A stretch of 45,539 nucleotides of DNA, taken from IMG/VR virus record IMGVR_UViG_3300045988_099253. One strand, given 5' to 3'. Shown here piece by piece: positions 8,059 to 16,121 of the stretch; within the stretch, counting starts at the first letter, position 1; every line of letters begins with the position of its first letter. The notes beneath the pieces are model-generated. The model was not told the origin of the DNA. It saw only the letters and a list, made by a program, of their open reading frames with translations, and made no database searches. Made by a program: the position numbers and the translations under genes. The DNA is from a virus.

Positions 8059-8317
8059 CGAAAAAACTCCCTCCATTGGGAGTATAGCACATGACGAAGT
8101 AAACGCAAGTATTTTTTAGGAGAGGAGGCGGAAGGAACTGTTTATTTCAAGAAAAGAGCTGCAAGAAATGAGAAAAGAAATCGCTGACCTCAAGCAAAAA
8201 ACTGAGAGTCAGCAAAAAAAGATTCAGCTTTTAAAAGAAGCGATTGTCACGGGAAAGAAAAACGGATATGTTTCATAGGTTTTTTAATATTTTCTTGAAT
8301 AGGAGGTGAGAAAGTGA

Positions 8318-8599
8318 ATGATGAACGCAATGGAATTTAATAAAGCCGTCAGCAAGCACTGCAAAGATATGTCTGGGGATTGCTGCAAATGCGACTTACG
8401 GCTTTATTGTTATCTATCGCCAAGCGAAAGATGTGATGAGTTGATTAGTCTGGTTATTAGTTTTTTGCATAACTGCACGGAAAACCAAATTCCGTATTCC
8501 CATCACAGTGCGGCTTCATATCCGTGTATTTGTGATATGGACATGAGCAACGCACTAGGCGCTTCTTGCCATCAACAATCTCATAATCCTCAAAAATAG
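8318..8599 (+). CDS. Cys-rich small protein. The N-terminal ~50 aa are paralogous to the 8798-9124 ORF. The 3' extent is uncertain.
   Basis: SD AGGAGGTG. CCKCDLRLYCYLSP resembles CHVCAIRDFCYSPP in the paralog. Confidence 0.4.
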   Translation: MMNAMEFNKAVSKHCKDMSGDCCKCDLRLYCYLSPSERCDELISLVISFLHNCTENQIPYSHHSAASYPCICDMDMSNALGASCHQQSHNPQK

Positions 8600-8672
8600 T
8601 TATGTGTTTGTGGATTTTATGGCAATGATAGAGTCTTGATGATAATTCCAATATATAACCTCCTTTCTGCAT
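8457..8672 (-). CDS. Possible His/Cys-rich small protein, antisense to 8318-8599 (probable start TTG at 8651)
   Basis: AAAGGAGGT SD upstream of the TTG. It competes with the plus-strand ORF, and only one of the two is likely to be real over the overlap. Confidence 0.3.
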   Translation of the reverse strand: MQKGGYILELSSRLYHCHKIHKHITIFEDYEIVDGKKRLVRCSCPYHKYTDMKPHCDGNTEFGFPCSYAKN

Positions 8673-8884
8673 ACTCGGGTATGGCAGTACCCTGTGGCTA
8701 AAGAATAGGAGAATATACAGGAAATGTCAATGGGAGTTTGGAGTTCCAGTTGGAGTAAATCGAGGCAAACGCAAGTATTTTTTAGGAGGTAATACAGATA
8801 GAAGTAACGGAATTCTTCAAAAGACTTGAAAAGTTTTGTTCAGATAAGCCGGAAAAGATTTCAGATGACATTACAAAATGTCAT

Positions 8885-9124
8885 GTGTGTGCAATAAGGG
8901 ATTTTTGTTATAGCCCACCAGACCATTTTAGAGAGAATTGTAATCTCAGAGAAGTTATTTGGTTTGTTGAAAACTTATCAGAAAAGAAAGGGAGTGAAAG
9001 CATACCTGGACATAATTTCAATCATTTTACAGGAAAGAAAAAGCCGTTTTTAATACAAAAACGGAAGAAAAAGGATAAAAAGAAGCGAGTTCACCAGAAC
9101 AAATATGGGGAGGTGAAAGGGTGA
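8885..9124 (+). CDS. Cys-rich small protein, paralog of 8318. The frame is open from 8786, with no canonical start before 8885.
   Basis: The shared 22-bp leader and SD lie at 8767-8790. The conserved paralogous residues lie upstream of the first GTG. Confidence 0.35.
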   Translation: MCAIRDFCYSPPDHFRENCNLREVIWFVENLSEKKGSESIPGHNFNHFTGKKKPFLIQKRKKKDKKKRVHQNKYGEVKG

Positions 9125-9282
9125 GCGAACAGCAGTTAAAAGAAATTAAGGTTGTAGTTACATACACCGACGGTTATCAGAGCCGCTTTACAGAGGCTTG
9201 TCTCCGCCAGTTGGCCAAGAGAAAGCCCGTACCGCTTCCGGCGGCCGAAGAAACGGCTGAACCGGGCCGGAAATACGCTTAA
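9121..9282 (+). CDS. Small hypothetical protein (53 aa)
   Basis: SD GGGGAGGTGA, GTG start; not in the ORF track because it is under 60 aa. Confidence 0.4.
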   Translation: MSEQQLKEIKVVVTYTDGYQSRFTEACLRQLAKRKPVPLPAAEETAEPGRKYA

Positions 9283-9294
9283 GGAGGTGAGGGC

Positions 9295-9447
9295 ATGGCA
9301 AAAGCAAAGAAGCCGACAGACGAGCAGGCAATGCTGATCGCAAAGGCCGGATTGATGGTCAAGGACTGGCTTGTCCTGTGGGAATCACAAACTATGATGT
9401 GTCTGGTGCACCGCACGGATGGCCACATCAGACAAATCGAGATTTAA
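9295..9447 (+). CDS. Small conserved phage/ICE protein (DUF6906-like)
   Basis: SD AGGAGGTGA. The pattern MAKAKKPT..Q..LI...GL....WLV......M.LVHR..G..R.I is recalled from this family. Confidence 0.5.
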   Translation: MAKAKKPTDEQAMLIAKAGLMVKDWLVLWESQTMMCLVHRTDGHIRQIEI

Positions 9448-9461
9448 GGAGGAAATGGAGT

Positions 9462-9575
9462 ATGTATATTGACCCGTTTTGGGCCGGGGTGGCTGCTACG
9501 CTCCTGGCAGAGGTGGCAGCAATCACAGCATTAGTTATCATCAAGGTAAAAAAAGAAATCGGAGGTAAAGAGTAA
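9462..9575 (+). CDS. Small single-TM peptide (37 aa)
   Basis: SD AGGAGGAAA; hydrophobic core AGVAATLLAEVAAITALVII. Confidence 0.4.
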   Translation: MYIDPFWAGVAATLLAEVAAITALVIIKVKKEIGGKE

Positions 9576-10483
9576 TGTGCCAGTTTAAGAGCGGGATTAT
9601 CTTAAAAAATAAAATCGTTGTCGCTCCAGGAAAGGATGACAGCCATTCAAACCTCCTGGAATCCCTCGGAATCCAGGACGACTACATCGGAGCATCTAAG
9701 ACGTTTGTACGAGCGGAGTTGGTTCCAAAAAATAGTGAGTGGTGGATCAGCCCAGAAGAACATCCGGAAAAATGGACGTTTGTCGTTGACCAGGACATTG
9801 TGCCGGATTGGTTTTGCAGAGAAGAATCAGAAAAAGAATTTCGGGCGGCTGTCTGCGAATGGTGGAAATCTCATGTACTGGTAGACCAGAAACTGGGAAA
9901 ACTGGAATCTGGATACTATAAATTGAAGCGCTGTGAGGTTAATAAGCTACTTAACGATGTAATGGCTGATCTGTATGATTCCCAGGTCGGCAAGATGTGG
10001 GGAAGCTCCCAGGTCGGCGAGATGCGGGGAAGATCCCAGGTCGGCGTGATGTGGGGAAGATCCCAGGTCGGCGTGATGTGGGAAAGATCCCAGGTCGGCG
10101 CGATGTGGGAAAGATCCCAGGTCGGCAAGATGCAAGGAAGCTCCCAGGTCGGCGTGATGTGGGGAAGCTCCCAGGTCGGCGAGATGCTGGAAAGATCCCA
10201 GGTCGGCAAGATGCGGGAAAGATCCCAGGTCGGCGTGATGTGGGAAAGATCCCAGGTCGGCGTGATGTGGGAAAGCTCCCAGGTCGGCAAGATGCGGGAA
10301 AGCTCCCAGGTCGGCAAGATGTGGGGAAGCTCCCAGGTCGGCGAGATGCGGGAAAGCTCCCAGGTCGGCGAGATGTGGGAAAGATCCATAGCGAAAGACT
10401 ATAAAAATTATCCTAAAATTAAAATCTGGGTATCCCCAGAAGGAAACTTTGAAATGCTTACATATATAAATAAAACTAAATAA
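9575..10483 (+). CDS. Repeat protein: conserved N-terminal domain (MCQFKSGIILK...) followed by 15 nonapeptide SQVGxMxxx repeats
   Basis: The ATG overlaps the upstream stop. The architecture resembles a Firmicutes phage family with xSxxVxxIxx-type 9-aa repeats. Confidence 0.7.
   Translation: MCQFKSGIILKNKIVVAPGKDDSHSNLLESLGIQDDYIGASKTFVRAELVPKNSEWWISPEEHPEKWTFVVDQDIVPDWFCREESEKEFRAAVCEWWKSHVLVDQKLGKLESGYYKLKRCEVNKLLNDVMADLYDSQVGKMWGSSQVGEMRGRSQVGVMWGRSQVGVMWERSQVGAMWERSQVGKMQGSSQVGVMWGSSQVGEMLERSQVGKMRERSQVGVMWERSQVGVMWESSQVGKMRESSQVGKMWGSSQVGEMRESSQVGEMWERSIAKDYKNYPKIKIWVSPEGNFEMLTYINKTK
9980..10384 (+). repeat. 15 tandem copies of a 27-bp unit TCCCAGGTCGGCnnGATGnnGGnAAnn
   Basis: Counted directly. 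All three forward frames and two reverse frames stay open across it. Confidence 0.95.
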
Positions 10484-10614
10484 AAAATCCCCATTGGTAC
10501 CGGAAATACCAACGGGGAAAGGCACAATAGCTAAGCGTGGTAGCCATTGCAGAAATTATCATACCATAATTTCCTGCGATTGGCAAGAACAAATGTTCGT
10601 TAAAGGAGGAAATT

Positions 10615-10872
10615 ATGGATAAAGAAAATAAAGTATCCTGGGACAACTTGGAGCAGTTTTTTGCAGTAGAGGTGATTGAGCAGTCCAAAAGAAATGCAAA
10701 GAGGTGGTTTTTGGCATGGATTGTCACTCTGGCGGCGCTGATCGGGACGAATGCAGCATGGATTTATGTGGCGCAGTCTTATGAGTATGTATCCCAGGAT
10801 GGAAGCGGCCAGAACAACATTAACACTGGTACACAGGGAGATGTCACACATGGGACAGAGAATGAGAATTAA
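10615..10872 (+). CDS. Hypothetical single-TM protein
   Basis: SD AAAGGAGGA; TM helix WFLAWIVTLAALIGTNAAWIYV. Confidence 0.55.
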   Translation: MDKENKVSWDNLEQFFAVEVIEQSKRNAKRWFLAWIVTLAALIGTNAAWIYVAQSYEYVSQDGSGQNNINTGTQGDVTHGTENEN

Positions 10873-10922
10873 AAAAAACGGAAAAAGCCGTGGAATCAAA
10901 AGGAAGAGGAGGAAGAAGAAAA

Positions 10923-11132
10923 ATGCATGATATCAGTAAGATGCGCCAGGCCCGGAAGAGACAGAAACTTTTCCGGGCGGCAGTGAGGTGGATGGTTGTA
11001 GCGACGCTGTTTAGCCTGTCCTGGCTCGGCCTGTACGTCCTTCTGGCTCCCTATATGATGCCAAGACTTGCCGTATTTTTTTCCGGCATGATGCTGATTC
11101 TGGCCGCGAAATTTTTAGAGGAGGAAGCATGA
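10923..11132 (+). CDS. Hypothetical two-TM membrane protein
   Basis: SD GGAGGAAGA upstream of the ATG at 10923. Confidence 0.5.
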   Translation: MHDISKMRQARKRQKLFRAAVRWMVVATLFSLSWLGLYVLLAPYMMPRLAVFFSGMMLILAAKFLEEEA

Positions 11133-11272
11133 GCAGACGAAGAAATGGAACCAACCAGGCAATGATTCAGCTTGGCCTTAATCGGTACAAGCTTGGAAAG
11201 AAAAAGCGCCCTGGAGCGGTAACTCCGGTGGGCGCAGAAAAAATAACTTACACAGGTAAGTATAGCAGATAG
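11129..11272 (+). CDS. Small basic hypothetical protein (47 aa)
   Basis: ATGA overlap with the upstream gene; SD GAGGAGGAAG. Confidence 0.35.
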   Translation: MSRRRNGTNQAMIQLGLNRYKLGKKKRPGAVTPVGAEKITYTGKYSR

Positions 11273-11286
11273 GAGAGGGGATATCA

Positions 11287-11454
11287 ATGGCAAGTAAAGA
11301 GATTCTGACGTTTTTGTCAGAGGAGGAGCATGAGTATATCGTTGGCCTTGTACAGCGGGATATCTTTCATGAGAGGACAAGCGAGCCGATTCCGATTATA
11401 GACAAATGCCGGATCTGGATAAAACTGGAGGATGCGAAAAAGAAAAATGAATAA
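11287..11454 (+). CDS. Small hypothetical protein (55 aa)
   Basis: SD GGAGAGGGG upstream of the ATG. Confidence 0.4.
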   Translation: MASKEILTFLSEEEHEYIVGLVQRDIFHERTSEPIPIIDKCRIWIKLEDAKKKNE

Positions 11455-11626
11455 TATGTTGGACAGATGCGATGTCTGCGGCGCGTATCTGGAGGAGGAT
11501 GGACGTTTGTGCCGGAGGTGTCGGGACAAGGCCGCCCAGCGGATGCGTAAAAAACAAAAAGGACGTGCAAGAGGGTCTGAAGTGATAGAAGGACTGGAGG
11601 CGTCAGTATGCTGGAGCATAAAGTAA
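11447..11626 (+). CDS. Small zinc-ribbon protein (CDVCG...CRRC)
   Basis: CxxC...CxxC motif; overlapping start. Confidence 0.45.
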   Translation: MNNMLDRCDVCGAYLEEDGRLCRRCRDKAAQRMRKKQKGRARGSEVIEGLEASVCWSIK

Positions 11627-11772
11627 TTGATGGAACGAAACTGGTTGGATGGCTTAGGGGGCAGCAGTCAATTACTCCCTTATCTTACGCCGAAAAAGTT
11701 TTATATGAAAAAATAATCCATCATGTCGTAAATATGATGGAGGAAGAGGGTGTTAAAAACGGAGAACGGTAA
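11608..11772 (+). CDS. Small hypothetical protein (54 aa)
   Basis: SD GGAGG 7 nt upstream of the ATG. Confidence 0.4.
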   Translation: MLEHKVIDGTKLVGWLRGQQSITPLSYAEKVLYEKIIHHVVNMMEEEGVKNGER

Positions 11773-12550
11773 GAAGTTAGAATTTAGGCTGCTGAATGCA
11801 GATGAGATTGATTGCCGCATCGCAATGGTGAAAGAATCTGGAGTGTCAATTCTGCTATATAAAGATGCGAGAGTAGACCAGAATATTCTTGATGAGGTTA
11901 TTGGCCCTATGAATTGGAGCCGGTCTCATCAACTGATTGGCGACAGGCTATATTGTACAGTCAGTATTAAAGACAACGAAAGCGGAGAATGGGTTTCTAA
12001 GCAAGATGTTGGAACAGAGAGCTACACAGAAAAAGAAAAGGGACAGGCTTCTGATAGTTTTAAGCGAGCGTGCTTTAATTGGGGGATTGGCAGAGAGTTG
12101 TATACAGCCCCTTTCATCTGGATCCCTTCTAGCGTATGCAAGATATCTAAAGGACAAAATGGTAGATTTTCTTGCTTTGAGAATTTTTTTGTATGTGATA
12201 TTGGGTACGATGATAACAGGCGAATAAATCTCTTGGAAATCGCAAATGGAAATGGGAAAATCATGTACTCTATGGGAGATAAACCAAAAGAAGAATCGAA
12301 TCCTAAAATGGCAAAGTTAGAAGCTAAGCATATCAATGAATTATATATGCAACTGCAAAGAACTGGAGTGGGATTATCTGGACTCCTTAAAGAGTATCAT
12401 GTGAACGATATCCATGACCTTACTATTATGGATTATGAAAAAGCCATAGACAGATTAAAATCCAGGCCAGACAAGCCTATTGATCTTAACACAATTCCTC
12501 CAGAAAATTCAGATGATCCAACCCTCCCTTGGAATAATCCACAGAGGTGA
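11750..12550 (+). CDS. Rad52/Sak-family single-strand annealing protein
   Basis: The motif KEKGQASDSFKRACFNWGIGRELY and the DARVDQNILDEVIGPMNW pattern are typical of phage Rad52-like SSAPs. Confidence 0.75.
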   Translation: MLKTENGKKLEFRLLNADEIDCRIAMVKESGVSILLYKDARVDQNILDEVIGPMNWSRSHQLIGDRLYCTVSIKDNESGEWVSKQDVGTESYTEKEKGQASDSFKRACFNWGIGRELYTAPFIWIPSSVCKISKGQNGRFSCFENFFVCDIGYDDNRRINLLEIANGNGKIMYSMGDKPKEESNPKMAKLEAKHINELYMQLQRTGVGLSGLLKEYHVNDIHDLTIMDYEKAIDRLKSRPDKPIDLNTIPPENSDDPTLPWNNPQR

Positions 12551-13077
12551 TCCGAATGGAATGTACTGGAAAGCTAAAGAGCATTTCTCAAGATTGGATG
12601 AGCGGAAAGTGGGAAATCACATTTTCTACTGATGAGAACATTACTGGAGGAATAGAAAATATTAAGGACAAGCTGCTTCGTATTTGCGTAAAACAGCATC
12701 GTGAAAGGCGTAGCCTGGATGCCAACGCATATGCCTGGGTGCTGATGCAAAAGATTGCAGAGGCCATACGTACTGACAAGTGGTCCGTTTATTTGATGAT
12801 GCTGGAGCGATACAGCCCTGTTTTTACCCATATCATCGTAAGGCCAGAGGCGGTAGAGCGTGTCAAGGGCGAGTGGAGGACTGTTAAAGTCCTCGGCCCC
12901 ATACAGGTCAACGGAAGCACCGGGATCCAGCTGCAATGCTATTTTGGCTCCAGTACCTTTGACTCTAAGGAGATGGCCAGTTTTATTGACGGAATCGTAT
13001 CGGAGTGCAAGGAAATGGGGATTGAGACCTTGCCGCCGGATGAAATTGAACGAATGAGAAGGGAGTGGGGAATCTGA
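12547..13077 (+). CDS. NinB/Orf-like recombination mediator (putative)
   Basis: RSLDANAYAWVLMQKIAE and GSSTFDSKEMASFIDGI parallel lambda NinB RSLDQNRKLW... and GQSTSRMRVGEFAELL. Adjacent to the SSAP. Confidence 0.45.
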   Translation: MIRMECTGKLKSISQDWMSGKWEITFSTDENITGGIENIKDKLLRICVKQHRERRSLDANAYAWVLMQKIAEAIRTDKWSVYLMMLERYSPVFTHIIVRPEAVERVKGEWRTVKVLGPIQVNGSTGIQLQCYFGSSTFDSKEMASFIDGIVSECKEMGIETLPPDEIERMRREWGI

Positions 13078-13367
13078 AAAAGCTGTGGAGCATCTTTACG
13101 GACGATATGGACCATTGCTATTTTACTGGGTCTCTCCAGATTGAGAGGCATCATGTATTCGGCGGCGCCAATCGGTCCAGATCCGAAAAGTATGGATATG
13201 TAATCCCGTTGAGATATGACATGCACCCTAATGGGGCAAGGTTCCGGCCTACACCGGAGAACAAGAAACTTGACGGATACCTTAAGGCTGCGTGTCAGCG
13301 TGATTATGAGAGCAAGCACGGGACCCGGCAGCAGTTTATCTTCGAGTTCGGAAAATCCTATTTATAG
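13065..13367 (+). CDS. Conserved phage protein with a C..ERHHVFGG..R motif (HNH-like); function unknown
   Basis: Motif CYFTGS...ERHHVFGGANRSRSEKYGYVIPL. The start is ambiguous (GTG 13065 or ATG 13107). Confidence 0.55.
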   Translation: MGNLKKLWSIFTDDMDHCYFTGSLQIERHHVFGGANRSRSEKYGYVIPLRYDMHPNGARFRPTPENKKLDGYLKAACQRDYESKHGTRQQFIFEFGKSYL

Positions 13368-13456
13368 CCTTCTGGTGGCGGAATAATATGTCACAGTATT
13401 AGATGCCATTTATATTACTCCTGGTCCGGCATAGGCCGGGCCGGAAAGGAGGAAGA

Positions 13457-13822
13457 ATGAAACAAAGGAAAGATTTTGATGCTGTAAAGTCCAGAGTCTA
13501 TAACTGCATAGGTACTGGATCAGAAAATGCTGTGAGCCGATATGAGTTGACCATTTTGACAGGATATCATGACCGCCTGGTCAGAGCAGCAATCGAAAGT
13601 TTGAGAAAAAAACACTCCATCATAGAACTCCACAATGGGAGTGGATATTATAAACCATCCAGGACAGCCCAGGGAGCCGTAGAAGCGGCTGAATGGATAC
13701 GGAGGCAGAATAACAGGGCAAGAGCCATAAAAGCCTCTACAAAGGGGTCTGAGCGTTTTATAAAGAGCATGGAGAATATGATTCCTGGACAAATGGAAAT
13801 GTTTGGAGGAGGAAATGGATAA
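13457..13822 (+). CDS. Hypothetical protein, probable winged-helix
   Basis: SD GGAAAGGAGGAAG upstream of the ATG at 13457. Confidence 0.55.
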   Translation: MKQRKDFDAVKSRVYNCIGTGSENAVSRYELTILTGYHDRLVRAAIESLRKKHSIIELHNGSGYYKPSRTAQGAVEAAEWIRRQNNRARAIKASTKGSERFIKSMENMIPGQMEMFGGGNG

Positions 13823-14582
13823 TGCGGAGCGGGACAGCCTCATATTTTACCGTAGTTTTGCGAAAGCAATCAAGCGGCTGCCGGAAGCCGAACAGCTAAA
13901 GGCTCTATGGGCCATCGTTGATTACGGCTTGGACGGAACAGAGCCAGAAGAAGAGGGCCTGTATATGGTTGCCTATGATATGGCAAAACCCCAAATTGAC
14001 GCTAATATCAAGCGCAAAAATGATGGAAAAAAGGGTGGAAGGCCGTCGAAAAAAACCAGTGGTTATGAAAATGAGGAAAATATAAAAACCAGTGGTTATG
14101 AAAATGAAAAACCTAATGTAAATGTTAATGTAAAGGAAAATGTAAATGTAAAGGAAAAAGAAAATATAAAAGAATTATGCCCGGAGCTGGAAATATCCAC
14201 TCCGGCCAGCCCTGCATTTGCACAAATCCCTTTGAATGACGGATCCCTGTACAACGTGACGGAGAACGACGTGGACGAGTTCCAGCAGCTCTATCCGGGC
14301 ATAGATTGCAGGCAAGAAATCCGCAACATGGTTGGATGGTCAATGGGTAACCCTCGCAATCGCAAAACCAAAAGAGGAATCAGAAGATTTATCCACAGTT
14401 GGTTGTCAAGATCTCAAAATAGAGCGCCTACACAACACCAGGATGTTAAAAAGCCTAAAACCCGATTTGATAACTTTGAGAGTAGGGAAAATAACTATGA
14501 GGCGATGATCTGGGATGATATCAAAAACAGGAGGGAGACCAGTGATAATACGCAATGTGGCAGAGGCAAAAAAGAAAATTAA
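13803..14582 (+). CDS. Putative replication/early protein with a DUF6291-like N-terminus
   Basis: IFYRSFAKAIKRLPEAEQLKALWAIVDYGLDG...PQIDANIKRKNDGKKGGRP pattern. Contains an internal KTSGYENE duplication and a VNVNVKEN low-complexity stretch. Confidence 0.55.
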   Translation: MEEEMDNAERDSLIFYRSFAKAIKRLPEAEQLKALWAIVDYGLDGTEPEEEGLYMVAYDMAKPQIDANIKRKNDGKKGGRPSKKTSGYENEENIKTSGYENEKPNVNVNVKENVNVKEKENIKELCPELEISTPASPAFAQIPLNDGSLYNVTENDVDEFQQLYPGIDCRQEIRNMVGWSMGNPRNRKTKRGIRRFIHSWLSRSQNRAPTQHQDVKKPKTRFDNFESRENNYEAMIWDDIKNRRETSDNTQCGRGKKEN

Positions 14583-14781
14583 GATCGGGTCAAAGGTCAC
14601 GATAATGACCCAAAAGGGAAGCACAAAGGACTCTTTGTATGCAGTTAAGACCGGGGTACAGAGAAAAGCAACGGTTATCGGCATATATGAGTATTTTGTC
14701 CATGTACAGCTTAAGAGCGGAGTATGCGAAAGTGTACTATGGTCGGATTTAATCAACGCCAGTGAGGAGGATAAGCGATGA
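14542..14781 (+). CDS. Hypothetical protein
   Basis: SD GGAGGGA 5 nt upstream of GTG 14542. Confidence 0.5.
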   Translation: MIIRNVAEAKKKIKIGSKVTIMTQKGSTKDSLYAVKTGVQRKATVIGIYEYFVHVQLKSGVCESVLWSDLINASEEDKR

Positions 14782-15371
14782 TCAAAGACAGTGGGGAGCG
14801 CACAAAATTTGACACCGGAGCTGTCCGGGACATGCATGCGGGCAAGGGGAGGATGGATCTCCTCCCTCTGTCGGCGCTGATCGAGTTGTCAAAGCACTGC
14901 GAAGAGGGCGCCGCCAAATATGGCGAGCACAACGTGGACAAGGGGATCCCGCAGCACAGCCTCTGCGACTCGGCTATGCGGCACCTGGTCAAGTATATGC
15001 GCGGCGATACAGACGAGCCCCATCTGAGGGCGGCTGCGTGGAATCTTATGTGGGCGCTGAACCAGACAGTGGAGCATCCAGAATTGGTGGATGTGCCGTG
15101 GAGAAACGGTTGTGAAGTGTGGGAGAATTTTAACAATTTAAAACGGCACTTAGAATCCTCAAAATGGATTCTCCCGGAAGAAAGGACCCCAGAAAACAAA
15201 TCATATGTACTGGTATCCTTTGAAAATTTTGATCATCCAGATATCGGCAGGTACGAGGAAAACGATGAGGGAGGGAATTTTTATATGGGGTACGGATATT
15301 ACACATATAAAAGCTGCGGGCTGTTTGTCAATGCCTGGATGCCGTTACCGGAACAGTATGATGAGAAATAA
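14778..15371 (+). CDS. dATP/dGTP diphosphohydrolase (MazZ-like N-terminal domain) fused to a DUF551-like C-terminus
   Basis: KDSGERTKFDTGAVRDMHAGKGRMDLLPLSAL...GAAKYGEHN...DSAMRHL...DEPHLRAAAWNLMW matches the dGTP_diPhyd_N pattern. The C-terminal WMPLPEQY is typical of DUF551. Confidence 0.65.
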   Translation: MIKDSGERTKFDTGAVRDMHAGKGRMDLLPLSALIELSKHCEEGAAKYGEHNVDKGIPQHSLCDSAMRHLVKYMRGDTDEPHLRAAAWNLMWALNQTVEHPELVDVPWRNGCEVWENFNNLKRHLESSKWILPEERTPENKSYVLVSFENFDHPDIGRYEENDEGGNFYMGYGYYTYKSCGLFVNAWMPLPEQYDEK

Positions 15372-15441
15372 AGAAGGATACCTGGAGCCGACCGCGTGCA
15401 GAGCGATCCGGGAGGCCGCCGGAGAATGTGGTCAATTATGA
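15358..15441 (+). CDS. Very small ORF (27 aa) with a GYLEPTA..AI motif
   Basis: The motif resembles the small Y.DPTA..AI phage peptides. Weak call. Confidence 0.25.
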   Translation: MMRNKEGYLEPTACRAIREAAGECGQL

Positions 15442-15457
15442 AGAGGAAAGAAAAAGG

Positions 15458-15811
15458 ATGACAGAATCAGAGAAACAAGAGATTTTAAATGAACTAGAAG
15501 AGCGGTTTGAGAAAAAATATAAAGGTTGTCTGAACAGAGAAGATACACAAAGCGTATTAAAAGAACCTAGAAATAAGTGGTTCAGAGATGAAAATGGTGG
15601 AGGAGGACATTCTCTGATGACAGATGCTTTTGATAACAGTATTGTGTCTTGGCAAGTATGGGAAACGATACGAAAGCTGACCTGTGTTATTTGTGGAAAG
15701 CAGTATGTCAGACACCTTGCAAGAATCGAAGAATCAGAAGAGATTGCAGAAGAAATATGCCAGTTTATCTACGATTTGAGAATGAGATACAAGGAGAACA
15801 GCCATGATTGA
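15458..15811 (+). CDS. Hypothetical protein
   Basis: ORF with a purine-rich SD upstream of the ATG at 15458. Confidence 0.55.
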   Translation: MTESEKQEILNELEERFEKKYKGCLNREDTQSVLKEPRNKWFRDENGGGGHSLMTDAFDNSIVSWQVWETIRKLTCVICGKQYVRHLARIEESEEIAEEICQFIYDLRMRYKENSHD

Positions 15812-16121
15812 GTGCTTGGAAATTGAGAATTTTGTAATTTTGCATATGTTCAGACCGTATATGCCGAGTTTGTTACCGGGAGAGTTTCAGGGATTGGAAT
15901 ACTGTGAGGAACAGAATAGAATTGAACGAAAATTACGTTCTCATCCAAAATATATCATTGATATTTTGGAGAAAAACCCAGAAACCAAACGGCGAATTTT
16001 TAACAGACTTCGGAAGTGTGGTGGTGTGAAGTTCTACAGGTATCTGGATATGAGTAATCCGGTGGTTCAGTATGTTAAGAAAGGATTGGAAGATATATTA
16101 AAGGAGCGTGATAACGATTGA
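15804..16121 (+). CDS. Hypothetical protein
   Basis: 105-aa ORF with overlapping start and stop, consistent with operon coupling. Confidence 0.5.
   Translation: MIECLEIENFVILHMFRPYMPSLLPGEFQGLEYCEEQNRIERKLRSHPKYIIDILEKNPETKRRIFNRLRKCGGVKFYRYLDMSNPVVQYVKKGLEDILKERDND

Noticed and set aside
9980-10384. The regular 27-bp repeat array could superficially look like a CRISPR array
   Set aside because: The units are directly adjacent with no spacers, lie in frame inside a 302-aa ORF, and no cas genes are present. It is a coding tandem repeat.
14050-14160. Direct repeats AAAACCAGTGGTTATGAAAATGA (x2) and AATGTAAATGT-type repeats, considered as iterons or a replication origin
   Set aside because: They are in frame within the 13803-14582 ORF (KTSGYENE x2, VNVNVKEN). 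An origin embedded in the replication gene remains possible, but two short repeats alone do not support the call.
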